The notes below the pieces were generated by a model that worked only from the letters and a program-made list of their open reading frames with translations, was not told where the DNA came from and did no database searches. The position numbers and the translations under genes are program-made. Positions 22,978 to 35,399 of a DNA stretch of 64,000 bases are shown here, in pieces. The DNA is from Sphyrna mokarran. Its lineage: Eukaryota. Where the stretch lies: the NCBI GenBank assembly GCA_024679065.1, contig JAGIQG010000016.1, forward strand, positions 56,234,001-56,298,000, in the 5' to 3' direction. The first letter of the stretch is position 1; each line of letters starts with the position of its first letter.

Positions 22978-23740
22978 GATTTTGATTTGGTTTAGTCTTG
23001 TCGTGTATTGGCATACAGTGCAAAGTATTGTTTCTTGCGTGCTATACAAAGCATATTGTGTGTAAAGAAGAAAAGAGAGAGTGCAGATTGTCATATAACA
23101 ATCATAGCTAGGTTGTAGAGAAGGATCAACTTTATATAAGTTCATTCAAAAGTCTGATGGCAGCAGGGAAGAAGTTGTTTTTGAGTTGGTACATGTCCTC
23201 AGACTTTTGTATCTTTTTCTCGACAGAAGAAGGTGGAAGAGAGTACATCCAGTCCTTAATTATGCTGGCTGCTTTTCTAAGACAGTGGGAAGTGTGAACA
23301 GCATCAACCAATGGGAGGATGGTTTGTGTGATGGACTGGGCTTTGTTCACAACTCCTTTGTAGTTTCTTGCTGTTTAGAACAGAGCAGGAACCATACCAA
23401 ACTGTGAAAGAACCAGAAAGAATGCTTTCTATGCTGCATCTGTCAAAGTTAGTGAGAGTGGTAATGGATATACTAAATTTCCTTACTCTCCTCAAAGTAG
23501 AGGCGTTGGGGCCTTTTTAACTATACCATCAGCATGAAGGGACCAGGAAAGGTTATTGATGATATGGACACCTAAAAGAAATGAAGCTCGGGATAATTTC
23601 TACTTTGTCCCCATTGATGTAGTCAGAGACATGTCCTCCACTATGCTTCCTGAAGTCAATGATTTTTGTTGAGGGAGTGACTATTGTCCCCACAACTGTT
23701 CACTAGATTCTCTATCTCTTTCCTATACCCTGTCTCACCA
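22978..23740 (-). mobile_element. Rex1/Babar-clade LINE 3' fragment
   Basis: RRVRKFSISITTLTNFDRCSIESILSGSFTVWYGSCS and HCLRKAASIIKD. Confidence 0.88.
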
Positions 23741-24015
23741 CTGGAGGAAGCAAATTATAATCACACAACTTAAAATGTAATTATCTGTAGTTATGATGCT
23801 AATTGAAGTTGTTATAAATTGCAATCATAAGTAATTCACCTGACATGTCTCAGCAATTAGAAAATGCCTATCTTTTAGTATGTTGCAAAGTTTTTAATTC
23901 CTTTTCATGGTTATGTCGAAGCAATGGATCATTTGTCAATGTGGAGATGAGTATTCAAATGTGAGAGTCAATGTGCAGCATTTGTGAGAATGTTGGAGTG
24001 CAGGAGAGAACATCA

Positions 24016-24270
24016 GGGAAGCGGTGGCCTAATGGTATTGTCACTAGACTATTAATATAAAAACGCAGCGAACGTTCTAGGAACTCTGGTTCAAATCCCG
24101 CCATGACGGATGGTGGAATTTGAATTCAATAAAACAATATCTGGAAGAATCTGCTAATGACCATTGTTAATTGTTAGAAAACGCCATCTGGCACATGAAT
24201 GCCCTTTAGGGAAGGAAATCTGCCATTCTTACCTGGACTGATCTACATGTGACTCCAGAGCCACAGCAAC
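24016..24270 (+). mobile_element. Family-3 tRNA SINE
   Basis: tggcctaatgg A box, ggttcaaatcc B box, body as 18499. Confidence 0.85.
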
Positions 24271-24274
24271 ATGG

Positions 24275-24570
24275 GTGATATCGTGTACAGTGGTTAGCGC
24301 TGCTGATTCACAGCTCCAGGACCTGGGTTTGATTCACAGCTTGAATCATTGTCTCTGCGGAGTCTGCATGCTGTACCTGTGTCTGCATGGGTTTCCTCCA
24401 GGTGCTTCAGTTTCCTCCGAATGACGTGCTGGTTAGGTGCGTAGGCCATGCTAAAATTCTCCCTCAGTGGACCTGAACAGGCGACGGAGTCTGATGACTC
24501 AGGGATTTTCTCGGTAACTTAATTGCAGTGTTATTGTAAGCCTACTTGTGACAGTAATAAATCAACTTTA
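24275..24570 (+). mobile_element. V-SINE with tail 2
   Basis: Head, V domain and tail 2. Confidence 0.9.
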
Positions 24571-25581
24571 AAAAGAGAGTTTGATGAAACATAAATATGT
24601 GATTGTACAGTTCGGATCACAAATGTTACAATATTGCGCAATCAACTCTCTCAAAAGCAAGATGCTCAGCTCACTTTTGGTTGGGACTGACTCACAGATT
24701 CCTTTATGAGAAGATTATATTGGCAGCACGAGCAAAACTGACAAGCAGCTTTGGGAGAGTAACGGTACACACAAGAGGGGAAAGGATAATACAGGAATGA
24801 TTAGGACCACTTATAACATAAAAGGAACCAGCTTGGAAGGGAAGGAGTAGGATTGATGCTTAATATGCATTTTGCCTGAATTTATACAGAGGAAAGTGGA
24901 AACGGAATTGCGAAGTACCTAAAGTGGTTTTGAAGAGCCATTACTGGAGATGGATGTTCAAACCACATTAAATGTGCATTAAAAAGTTAATGATATTGAA
25001 AATAAAGGAGCCCTGAGGCTGTGCATCATGGAATATGAAGGAAAATGAGTAAGTCGTAATAGATTGATCATGATTTTCCAAAAATCTTTGTAAATAGCTA
25101 CAGTACGAAGGATGAGTGGGTGGCAAATATTATTCAAAAAAGAGGAAAACACGAAACTAGTTAGCCTTCTTTATGCAAGGGAAAATTCCAACAGTTTATT
25201 TTGTGAAATCATGCAGCCAGTGTTAAGGCTCATCTGCCCACATTACAGAGCAAGAATGAATGGCTGGGTGCACTAACTTTAGTGGTTTCATATCATGTGT
25301 GCCTTGCTGTAAGCATATATTCGTAAAATCAAACAGCAAAGTCAATAGTAAATAATGGATTTATGTAACCTGAGATGTGGGAAATCAGGGACAGACTGGT
25401 AAAGAACAGGATTTATTTGATTAAGTTGCTGCACTTTATTGAAGAAGTGACAATATGTGTACAGAAGAATCTCTGATTGGGTGCAGGCTTGGAGAGATTA
25501 AATGATCAGAAGGGCTCCGAGAATCAGAGAAACGTTACAGTGCAGAAAGATCATTCAATCCACTGAGTCTGCACCAACAAC

Positions 25582-25920
25582 AGGGCAGCACAGTAGCACA
25601 GTGGTTAGCACTGCTGCTTCACAGCTTCAAGGATCTGGGTTTGATACCCGGCTTGGGTCACTGTCTGTGTGGAGTTTGTACATTCTCCTCGTGCCTGTGT
25701 GGATTTCCTCCGGGTGCTCCGATTTCCTCCCAGAGTCCAAACGTGCGCGATAGGTTGATTCAACGTGCAAAAATTGGCACTTAGTCTCCTGGGATGTGTA
25801 GGTTAGAGGGATTAGCAGGTAAATGTGTAGGGATATGAGATAAGGCCTGGGTGGGATTGTGGTCAGTGTAAAGTTGATAGGCCAAAGGACCTGTTTCTGC
25901 ACTATAGGGTTCTGTGTTCT
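25582..25920 (+). mobile_element. HE1-type V-SINE inserted in an older minus-strand HE1 tail (about 25530-26020)
   Basis: Full SINE flanked by aacagggca / aacagagca; host tail continues on both sides. Confidence 0.88.
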
Positions 25921-26180
25921 AACAGAGCATCCTACCTAGGCCATATACCCTTATACCCCGCTTTTATTAGCATATTTACCCCGTTAATCCTCCTAACCTA
26001 TATATCTTGGCCCACTAAGGGGATGCTGTCCATTTATTTTCCAGGCTTGCAGCCTCATTTCACGAATTGGTGTGATTTTTTTTTAAATTTCCTCTGCATG
26101 CAAATGATTTGGATTGGCAGGAGAGGAATGACATCAAAGTCTGCGAATATCAACTTTGGGGACATGGTAAACTGCGAAGT

Positions 26181-26410
26181 ACATAGAACATAGAACAATA
26201 CAGCACAAACAGGCCCTATGGCCCACGAGTTGCGCCAATCACATCTACCAATCCACAGACTTATCTATAACCCTCTATCCTATTCGTTTCCATATACTCA
26301 TCCAGAAGTCTTTTAAAAGACTGTTGAGGAGTTTGCCTCAACAACCTCCGACGGCAGCCGATTCCATTCACTCACCACTCTCTGAGTGAAAAACTTACCC
26401 CTGACATCTA
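26181..26410 (-). mobile_element. CR1 (HER1-like) 3' tail fragment
   Basis: acatagaacatagaac..., closely similar to 11105-11340. Confidence 0.88.
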
Positions 26411-26604
26411 GATTGAAAAAGGTAAAACACGAGCAGGTCAGTAGGTATGGACAGTGTCAGTGTGGTGACAGAGTGGTGATGGTTTTGAATCAACGATTGT
26501 GAACTAAACATAAATGTAATAAATCTTCAAATCCCACTCCGGGCAGTCCCAACATGTGGAGGCTAAACCTCTGATTCTGAATTCTAACTTGAATTCCTGC
26601 TGCA

Positions 26605-26975
26605 ATTTTTTTTAATTTGTTTTCTAATTCGTTCATCGGCTGTGGGTGTCACTGGCTAGGCCAGCATTTGTGGTCCTTCCCTAATTACCCTTGGTGAGTT
26701 GCCTTCTTGAATATGATTGAAAAGCTTGCTAGGTCACTTCAAAAAGGTATTTCAGAGTGATCTGCACTGCTGTGCAACTAGAATCTTAAATAAACCAGAC
26801 TGGATAATATTGGCAGACTTTGTTCCCTCAAGGACAACAGTGAACCAGATGGATTTGTATGAAAGTATACTGGTTACATAGTCTCAACTGCTGATGCAGT
26901 CTTTTTATTCCAGCATTTTTTTTTAATTTACTGACTTTGAACTCCCCATTTTTTGGGTGGGATTTAAACCCCGGT
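26605..26975 (-). mobile_element. Degenerate family-3 SINE
   Basis: ggctaggccagcatttg..ccctaattaccc tail and gtgaaccagatgg body. Confidence 0.65.
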
Positions 26976-26979
26976 CCAT

Positions 26980-27120
26980 CTGTACAGTACAGAAGGAGGC
27001 CTTTTGACCCATCGAGTCTGCACGGACAACAATCCCATTCTGACCCTATCCTTGAAATCCCACATATTCACTCTGCTAATCCCCCTGACACTAAGGGACA
27101 ACTTGGCATAACCTAACCAG
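26980..27120 (-). mobile_element. HE1 tail fragment
   Basis: tacagtacagaaggaggcc..gagtctgcac..ccccctgacactaaggg. Confidence 0.8.
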
Positions 27121-27449
27121 CAGATCTCCACATCATCAGCCTAGTAACATAAGCATTACATTTCCTTTACTTGTTCAGCGGGTGTGAGGTACCCTTCCCC
27201 TATTATATGGATTGTGGATTGTGAGTAGTATAAAGATAGTTATGGTCCTGGAAGGAGCATTCATACCATGGCCTGTTGGACTCTTACTCTGCTCACAACT
27301 TCTTCCACTATTTTAAGCTACTCGCCATGTGTCACGGCACATAACAACAATTAAGACTCTTTTTTCCTGGTGTTGTGGATTCAAAGCAGTGCAACTTCTC
27401 CGGTTAGCATTCACCTCTCAGCCTACATCACCTACAGTGTATTAGTAAA

Positions 27450-27770
27450 GGGAGTTGGTGGTGTAGTGGTATTATCACCAGACTAGTAATCCAGAGAAAC
27501 AAGGTAATGCTTTGGGAACCAGGGTTCAAGTGGTAGATGGTGACATTTGAATTCAATAAAAAAAAGTCTAAAGATGATTTTGAAATCATTGTCAATTGTT
27601 GTTAAAAACCTGTCTGGTTCATGTCCTTTAGGGAACGAAATCTGCTGACTTTACTGCACCTGGTTATAGTGATTCCATAGCCACAGCAATGTGGTTTACT
27701 CTCAGATTTCCTCTGAACTGGAGGGCAGTTAGGGATGGGCTCAGTGAGTGACACCAACATCCCGTATAAG
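27450..27770 (+). mobile_element. Family-3 tRNA SINE
   Basis: tggtgtagtgg A box, ggttcaag B box, body as 18499. Confidence 0.8.
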
Positions 27771-27774
27771 AATA

Positions 27775-28090
27775 ATGGTACAGCATAACGGTTAATACTG
27801 CTGCCTTACAGAACCAGGGGCCCCGGTTTGATTCCCAGCTTGCGTCACTGTGTGGAGTTTGCACATTCTCCCTGTGCCTGCGTGGGTTTCCTCTGGGTGC
27901 TCTTGTCCCACCACACCCCTACCCCCTCCGCCCCAGTTCAAAGATGTGCAGTTGATTGGCCATGCTGAAGTGCCCCTCAATGTCGGCATAAATTGGCAGG
28001 GTTTATATGGGGTTACAGGAAAGAGTCTGGGTGGGATTGTTGTTGTGCAGGCTCAATGGCTTTCTTCTGCACTGTAAGGATTCTATGATG
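27775..28090 (+). mobile_element. HE1-type V-SINE (CR1-type tail)
   Basis: V domain with a C-rich expansion; gattctatgat tail. Confidence 0.88.
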
Positions 28091-28164
28091 CCAAGATTAT
28101 CTTGCCATTTTGTAGAACCCTCCTGTACCCAAATTAGTTGCAGATTTTTTAACCTACAAAGCAT

Positions 28165-29360
28165 ACCATTCATAGAGTATATAGGGGAGAAGGAAAGGAG
28201 AGGGTGCAGAATTTAGCGTTACAATCATAGCTAGAGTTTAAAGAAAGATCAGCTTAATATATGTAAGTCCATTCAAAAGTCTGATGGCAGCAGGGAAGAA
28301 GCTGTTCTTGAAGTCAGTTGGTACGTGATCTCAGACTTTTGTCATCCTTTTCCTGACGGAAGAATTTGGAAGAGAATATGACCGGGCTGTGTGGGGTCCT
28401 TGATTATACTGGCTGCTTTTCTGAGGTAGCGGGAAGTGTAGACAGCATCAATGGATGGGAGGCTGGTTTGCATGATGGAATGGACTTTATTCAAACCCTT
28501 TGTAGTTTCTTGGACGGAGCAGGGGCCACACCAAGCTGTGATACATCTAGAAAGCTTGTTTTCTATGGTGCATCTGTAGAAATTGGTGAGAGTCAAAGCA
28601 AACGTGCCAAATTTTCTTAGCCTCCTGAGAAAGTAGGGGTGTTGGTGGGCTTTCTTAACTACATTGTCAGAGTGGAGTGATCAGGAAAGGTTGGTGGGAA
28701 TGTGGACACCTAGTTACTTAAAGCTCTCGACCATTTCTACTTCATCACCATTGGCATGTCCTCCAATACACTTCCTGAAGTCGATAACTATCTCCTTCAT
28801 TTTACTGATGTTGAGGGAGAGATTATTGTTGCCGGACCATTTCACCAGATTCTCTACCTCATCCCGGTACCCTGTCTCATCATTGTTTGTGATCCGACTC
28901 ACTCCAGTGGTGTCAGAAGCAAGCTTGAAAATTGAGTTGGTGTTCAGGATAGTTGAAAAGGAGGTGTGATTGCATGTCCTTGCTGATTGCACTCAGTGAG
29001 TTTGGAAGTCTAGGATCCAGTTGCAGAAGGAGCAGCCAAGCCCGAGACTACGTAGTTTGGAGATGAATTTTGTGGAGATAATGGTGTTGAAGGCTGAGCT
29101 GTACTCAATACATAGGAGTCTGACATAAGTCTCCTTGTTATCGAGATGTTCCAGGGTTGATTGTAAAGCAGGGAATTAGCGTCTGCTGTCGACCCGTTGC
29201 GGCGATAGATGAACTGTATGGATCCAGGCAATCTGGGAGACTGGAGTTGATGCATGCCATGACTAACCTTTCAAAGGACTTCATAATGATGGATGTCAGA
29301 GCCACTGGGCAGTAGTCATTAAGGCATGCTGCCTGACTTTTATTTGGTACCATAATGATA
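28165..29360 (-). mobile_element. Rex1/Babar-clade LINE, decayed RT and 3' end
   Basis: [80 protein letters not shown]. Confidence 0.92.
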
Positions 29361-29700
29361 ATACCAATTTTGTAATGGTACTGTTACAAAGTTTAAAGAA
29401 TGCACTTTGTTATTCTCTAGTTTCTCACACTGGCCTACTTATTTGCGGAGCTAACAGCTGCATTGGTTTAAATTCTCTTGCTGCAACGCAAGTATGCAAA
29501 TGTCCCAGTTTTCATTACTTCAATTAGAGTTTAGACTACAGAATGTAACATCTCTCTAATCTCAGCTACCAATCATCAAAATTAAAAAAATTATTGAATT
29601 AAAACAATCAATTATAGACAAAAGAATATGATTCTATAGCTATCATGAGATATGCGGAGAATTTGCAGAAAGGCTCACTAAAAATAAGGCATCCATTTTG

Positions 29701-30015
29701 ATAGAATCAAAGAATCCCTACAGCACAGAAAGAGGCCATTTGGCCCATTAAGTCTATACCAACCACAATCCCACACAGGTCCTATTCCCATAACCGCACA
29801 CATTTACCCTGCTAATCCCCCTGACACTAGGGCTAACTTAGCATGGCAAATCAACCGAATCCACCCATCTTGGGAGGAGACCGGAGCACCCGGAGGAAAC
29901 CCACGCAGCCACAGGAAGAATGTGCAAACGCCACACAGACAGTGACTTGAGGCTGGAATTGAACTTGGGACCCTGGTGCTGTGAAGCAGCAGTGCTAACC
30001 CACTGTGCCACCTGC
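29701..30015 (-). mobile_element. HE1-type V-SINE (CR1-type tail)
   Basis: Full-length reverse complement. Confidence 0.93.
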
Positions 30016-30039
30016 CAATGATTTCAGCATAAATTCTGA

Positions 30040-30174
30040 TCGCAATTTCTCCAGCTGTTTACGCTCCACCCCTGCTGCCAACAGAGACGAAGAATTTGGC
30101 ATTTAGCCAAAGCTCCGTTCACTGCAGTGGGGCTGGAGAATCCTGGCTGTGAGTGAGGTCCGAGAATCCAGCCC
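30040..30174. mobile_element. MITE family A
   Basis: gcaatttctccagc...gagaatccagccc with the family-A core. Confidence 0.7.
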
Positions 30175-31278
30175 TCCTTGTTTGGTTACATTAAACAGAT
30201 ACTGCCTTCCCCCCACCTACGCTGCAGCTTTCAATAAACACATTGCCGCTTGTAAATGTGAAATCTGCAGCTCTCGACTCTGGCACAGTGTCCCTGATTG
30301 AAGCTCAAAATAATGGTCTAGCTGCCAGGGAGGCCTGGCCCCAGGGTCCCGGGACTTGCAAAAAGCTAGCATTTTGAGTTAAAATATCAACAAAAAATCT
30401 AAATCCCCGAATCAGAGAGACTCTGACAAAAAACACAGAAGTCAGGTGTGTAACCACAGCTAATGATTTTCTCATGAATTTTGCAACTCTTTGCCATGTT
30501 ATTTCCAACATCACGTTCTCGGCATCACAAGAAAGCGAGAGGGCAAAAAACATTATGGATTTCCTAAAGCTGCACTCCAGTTATGCATTATGGAAGAACA
30601 GACCCTGAAGAATGCCAGGGCCTTTATCATTTCGAACAACCTGAAGTATTTTCAAAAAAATAACCTTGCTATATCATAGGATCCTTCCGTTATCTTGAGA
30701 ATCTTATTATAACTCTGTGTTTGACATCCCCGCACAAATCTTACTCATTCACAGTGAAATCGTGGTTTGCAATATTACAAAGTAACCTATTTCCAGACAA
30801 AGGAGAAATTGCCCTTTCCTTAAACTCCTGGGGTTTAGAAAGCTAATTGAATGTTGCCAAAACTGCTTTTGTCAAATTTCCCATCATACAAAGTCTAAAT
30901 CAGGAATGTTAAATTGTAAAAGGTTACCCCTGTGATGCACCGCCAAGTAGATTTGATGACGAAGGAATAGGGAATAAACCTGGATACAAAACAGGAAATG
31001 GAAAGTCGTGGGTTTTCATAATTACTCAGACTGGCAGAACACAAAGAGCACACAGTTGCAGGAGTAGGCTATTCAGCCCTTTAAACCTGCTATGTCATTC
31101 GATATGAGCCTAGCGAATCTGATCGTAACCTCAATTCCACTTTCCTTTCTGGCCCTGCCATAATCCTTGACTCCCTTGTTGGCCAAAAGATTCGTCTAAT
31201 TCAACTTCAAGCAAATTCACTGATGCAGCCCCTCAGGGGAAGAAAATTTCACAGACTAACAAACCTCAGAGAAAACGT

Positions 31279-31547
31279 GGCTGCGATTCTCCCAAAAGCG
31301 CTGAATTGGCGGGAAAACTGTTCTGGATCCCGACCGTTTTGTCAGTTCAGCCTCCCATCTGAACCGCCACACTCTGTGAATATCATTAAACACGCAGTGA
31401 GGGGCAGGGCCTATTCGTGCTGGAGTTTGACTGTTCTGGAATTCTGCTTTTGCGCAGTTGTCCCAATCAGTCAGACTTCCCACTTGCTGGCCATCTCGAT
31501 CACTGGCTAGCCCAAGGCCTCCGCAATTCTGCCCTTTCAGCACACCC

Positions 31548-31594
<47 letters not shown>

Positions 31595-32376
31595 CCCCCC
31601 ACAACCTCTCATGGCCCAATTGCGGCCCCCCACAACTATTCCCGGGCCAGTCCTATTCCCTCCACCCCGGTGCCAGAACACCTTAATGCACAGCCTACCC
31701 CAGCAGTGGCGATCCATCCACCTCCCCGCTGATCACCGCTGGAAGGCAGACCCCCGTGCCCCCAGGCAGACCATCTCAGCCTGTCCCAATTACTGCCCTC
31801 CCTCCATCCCAGATGGACCTTGTCTGCAGATTGGCAGCGTGACCCTGCACCCCTACCAATCACCCCTAGACCCCACCCACAATAGGCCCTGCCCCCTAGC
31901 ACTTTTTGATGCCTGGTGGCCAGTGCCAAGGTGCCCCTTGGGCATGGACATTTTGTCTCTTGGGCAGTGCCAGGGAGCACAGGCTGGCATGTCAGGTGCC
32001 CATGCACAGGGGGCACCATTCCCCCACCTCCCCGATCCTGCAGAGATGCTGATTGCCCCCCTTCCATTTTGGTGAAATGTCCCGCTAGTTCCCCGAAAGT
32101 GGAGAGCTAATCTGAACTCTGCCAGGACAAAATACTCCTGATGGGGTGGGAGATTCAATTGGGACCCACAAGTTCCCAATAATTAGATTTAAGATATAAT
32201 TAAAAATACTTTTAAAAAAGAGACCTGCCTTCCCACCGATTTCCAGCGAGGTCTGACTGGTAACTGTTCGCCGAGTCTGGAAGATGCGTGTGTGTTCCCA
32301 GTACAAGGCCGCTGATGCGCATCTTCCACCGCAACCTGCCAGAAAAGTTGAGGGTCGCGAACAGAGAATCGCAATC
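31279..32376. mobile_element. ~1.1-kb GC-rich non-autonomous TIR DNA element
   Basis: TIRs ggctgcgattctc / gagaatcgcaatc (11/13); no transposase ORF. Confidence 0.75.
31551..31592. repeat. (AC)21 microsatellite flanked by C runs
   Basis: Read directly from the sequence. Confidence 0.98.
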
Positions 32377-32639
32377 AATGTCTCCATACTTCAGTCATAA
32401 AGGGGATACCACCTAATATTTAAATGGAGTCACTTGGTTCTGGACTTCTTAAAAAGGGAAATATTCACTCTGTATCCACCCTGTCATGTGTCTTCAGCAT
32501 CTTAAATGTTTCAAAAAGATCACCTCCCAATCTTCTAAGCTGCAATGAGTATAGACCCAAGCTGCTGAAACTTGCCTCATAAAATAAACCCTTCACCCCA
32601 GGAATCAGCACTGTGCGTATATCTACACCACAAAGTGTA

Positions 32640-32895
32640 GGAGGAGGAACTTCTTCACTCAAAGGGTGGTGAATCTCTGGAATTCTCTGCCCATTGAAGT
32701 GATGGAGGCTACCTCGCTGAATATGTTTAAGTCACGGGTAGATAGACACCTGATAGACAAGGGAATTAAGGATTATGGGGACAAAGCAGAAAAATGGAAC
32801 TGAACCACTTCAGATCAGCCATGATCTTATTGAATGACAGGACAGGCTCGAAGGGCTAGATGGCCGACTCATGCTCCTATTTCTTATGTTCTTAC
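32640..32895 (+). mobile_element. CR1 3' tail fragment
   Basis: aggaggaacttcttcactcaaagggtggtgaatctctgg...ttcttatgttctta. Confidence 0.88.
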
Positions 32896-33049
32896 AAAGT
32901 AATGGTTCAAGAAGGCATCTCACCAACACCTTCTAAAGGGCAATTAAGGATAGGCAATAAAAATGCTGGCCTAGCCAGCAGCATGCACATCCCAGAAGAA
33001 ATTTAAAAAACTATTTTTGGATTACATAATATTGCAGGCTATAGATAAA

Positions 33050-33560
33050 CAGCAATAAATTCATAAAATGCATAGAAATATTAACACATTTTCAGAATCA
33101 GCATGTAAATGGCAAACCAATTTTAATATAAGGAGGTATGAATGATGCATTTTTGAGAGGTAGAATAAAGAGGTCACCTACTTCTTAGAGAATAATAGTC
33201 TAAATAAGGTAAGGGCACATGGAGGTACAGATTCACAATCTTTAACAGTAGCAATGAGACTTAATATTACCACAAATAGTGTAAATAAAGCCCTGCCATT
33301 CATTTCATTCAGAAAAGAATTCAAAAGCAGCAAAGATATATTAAACGTAGAATCCTTGGTTGGACCGTATGGTGAGTACTGTGAAGAGTGCTCCTCAACA
33401 TATTGCAAATAGGATACAAAAATACTGAAAAAAAGTACAAAAAAAAATTTCGAAGAAGATACCAGAACAGAGAGGATAAAAATATCAAGAAAGACTGAAC
33501 AAGGAAAAAAAGATGACAAAAGGTGAGTTAATCATGTGCTTTAAAATTTTGGAGGGCTTG
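33050..33560 (+). mobile_element. Highly decayed CR1 RT C-terminal remnant
   Basis: tccttggttggaccgtatggtgagtactgtgaa resembles LVRPHLEYC. Confidence 0.55.
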
Positions 33561-33669
33561 ATATATTGCAGTAGAGATAATGGGCAAGATCAAGTAGCTC
33601 CATTCACCTAGGGCGCAAATCTCATGAAGGTGACAAAGCCTATCCTGGTCCCTCCACACTGTAGTTAAG

Positions 33670-34385
33670 AAAACTACCATTGCCTCTATTTTCTCAGGAG
33701 GCTAAGGAAATTTAATATGTCTGCTACAACTCTCACCAATTTTTATAGATGCGCCAGAGAAAGCATCCTTTCCAGATGTATCACAGCTTGGGATGGCTCC
33801 TGCTCCATCCAAGACAGCAAGAAACTACGAAGGTTGTGAATATAGCCCAGTCCATCACTCAAACCAACCTCTCACCCATTGACTCTGTCTGTATATCCCG
33901 CTGCCTCAGAAAAGCAACCAGCATAATCAAGGACCCCACAAACCCCGGACATTCTCTCTAATTCTTTCTTCCGTCAGAAAGAAAATACAAAAGTCTGAGA
34001 ACACATACCTACCGATTTGAGAGTGAAACCTCACAATGTGATTTCCAGAACATTCATTGGTGAGACCGACACTAACCAAAGCTGTATCACTGATTGTGAA
34101 AGGTGAGCATTAAATAGAGTTGAGTAATACTGATTAAAGTGAGATTTATCTAAAGTGACAACCTTCTTCCAACAGCTTCTTCCCTTGCTACTAGCAGACT
34201 TTTGAAAGGACCTATCTTATATTAAGTTGATCTCTCTCTACATCCTAGCTGTGACTGTAGCAGTATGTTGTGCCTCCCTCCTTCTCCTCATATATTCTAT
34301 GAATGATATGCTTTGTATAGTGCATAGAAGACAGTACTTTTCGCTATATTCCTATACATGTGATAATAATAAATCAAATTTAAAA
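33670..34385 (+). mobile_element. Rex1/Babar-clade LINE 3' fragment with an internal insert at about 34020-34168
   Basis: FLRRLRKFNMSATTLTNFYRC, SRCLRKATSIIKDP; tail acatgtgataataataaatcaaat. Confidence 0.88.
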
Positions 34386-34796
34386 ATCTCATGGGAAAAT
34401 CAAAGTAACTTGAGATCTAACAGAGTGAGTGAGTTAGAATCTGATAAGAATTATTTTACAGACATTTTAATATCATTAACTGCTTTACACCGTAGCATCC
34501 GGCCATATTGAACCTTTCCCCCCCCCCACCCCAGCAATGTAACATCATGCTGGCATGAATTACTACTGGTTTTTGAAAACAGTAGCCAGTTGTGATGACC
34601 AAGCTGGCACATGGAGGTGCCTGGAGGCCCAGATCGGGGTGCCCTTTAAAGATGGCCCTGCCAGAAAATGTCACCTCAAACCTATGCTGCGTTTCTGGAA
34701 AGAAAATCTTGAACTCAGTACTTTATGGAGCAGTTGAGGCAAATAACACAGATGCCATTCTGTGAGAAAATGTGCTTGGGATTGAAAGAAATCGAT

Positions 34797-34924
34797 GGAA
34801 TTGGATTTTCCAGCCATGCTCGCCCCAAGGCCAGAAAATCACAACCAAAGTTAAAGGACCTTTGCATGGTCCGTGTCCAGCCCACTCTGATTCCTGTGGC
34901 GGGCGGAACACGAAAATTCCACCC
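34797..34924. mobile_element. MITE family B
   Basis: ggaattggattttcc...gaaaattccaccc termini. Confidence 0.65.
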
Positions 34925-35055
34925 ACGGAGTCAATCAAAGTAGATCTCAGCCTTGGCAACACATGGACTATGAATATCAGTATAGGTCTTAAATTTGAAC
35001 TGATCAACAGCGTAAATCCATGCAGTATAAGCTCTATCTATATTAAAGCAGCTCG

Positions 35056-35353
35056 TGGTACAAAGGTTATCACTGCTGCCTCACAGTGCCAGGGACCCAG
35101 GTTCAATTCCAGCTTCGGGTCACTGTCTGTGTGGAGCTTGCACATTCTCCCCATATCTGCGTGGGTTTCCTCCAGGTGCTCAGGTTTCCTCCCGCATTCT
35201 AAAGATGTGCGGGTTATGTTGTTGGCCGTGCTAAATTGACCCGAGTGTCAGGGGATTAGCACGGTAAGTATGTGAGGTTATGGGACTAAGGAATGGGTGG
35301 GATTGTGGTCCATGGGTCGAATGAGTTCCTTCTACACTGTATGGATTCTATGA
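35056..35353 (+). mobile_element. HE1-type V-SINE (CR1-type tail)
   Basis: Head, V domain and tail. Confidence 0.92.
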
Positions 35354-35399
35354 TAATTCCATGCATCTCTTTGGGATAAATTAGTTTTTAGTTTTAGGT

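Larger units (their letters stand above)
31030..32620 (-). mobile_element. CR1 3' fragment split by a TIR element
   Basis: Tail at 31030-31276; LGLYSLQLRRLGGDLFETFKML at 32465-32620. Confidence 0.75.

Noticed and set aside
31256-32179. Overlapping long Pro/His/Gly/Cys-rich ORFs
   Set aside because: Produced by a GC-rich TIR element and an (AC)n microsatellite; no domain motifs.
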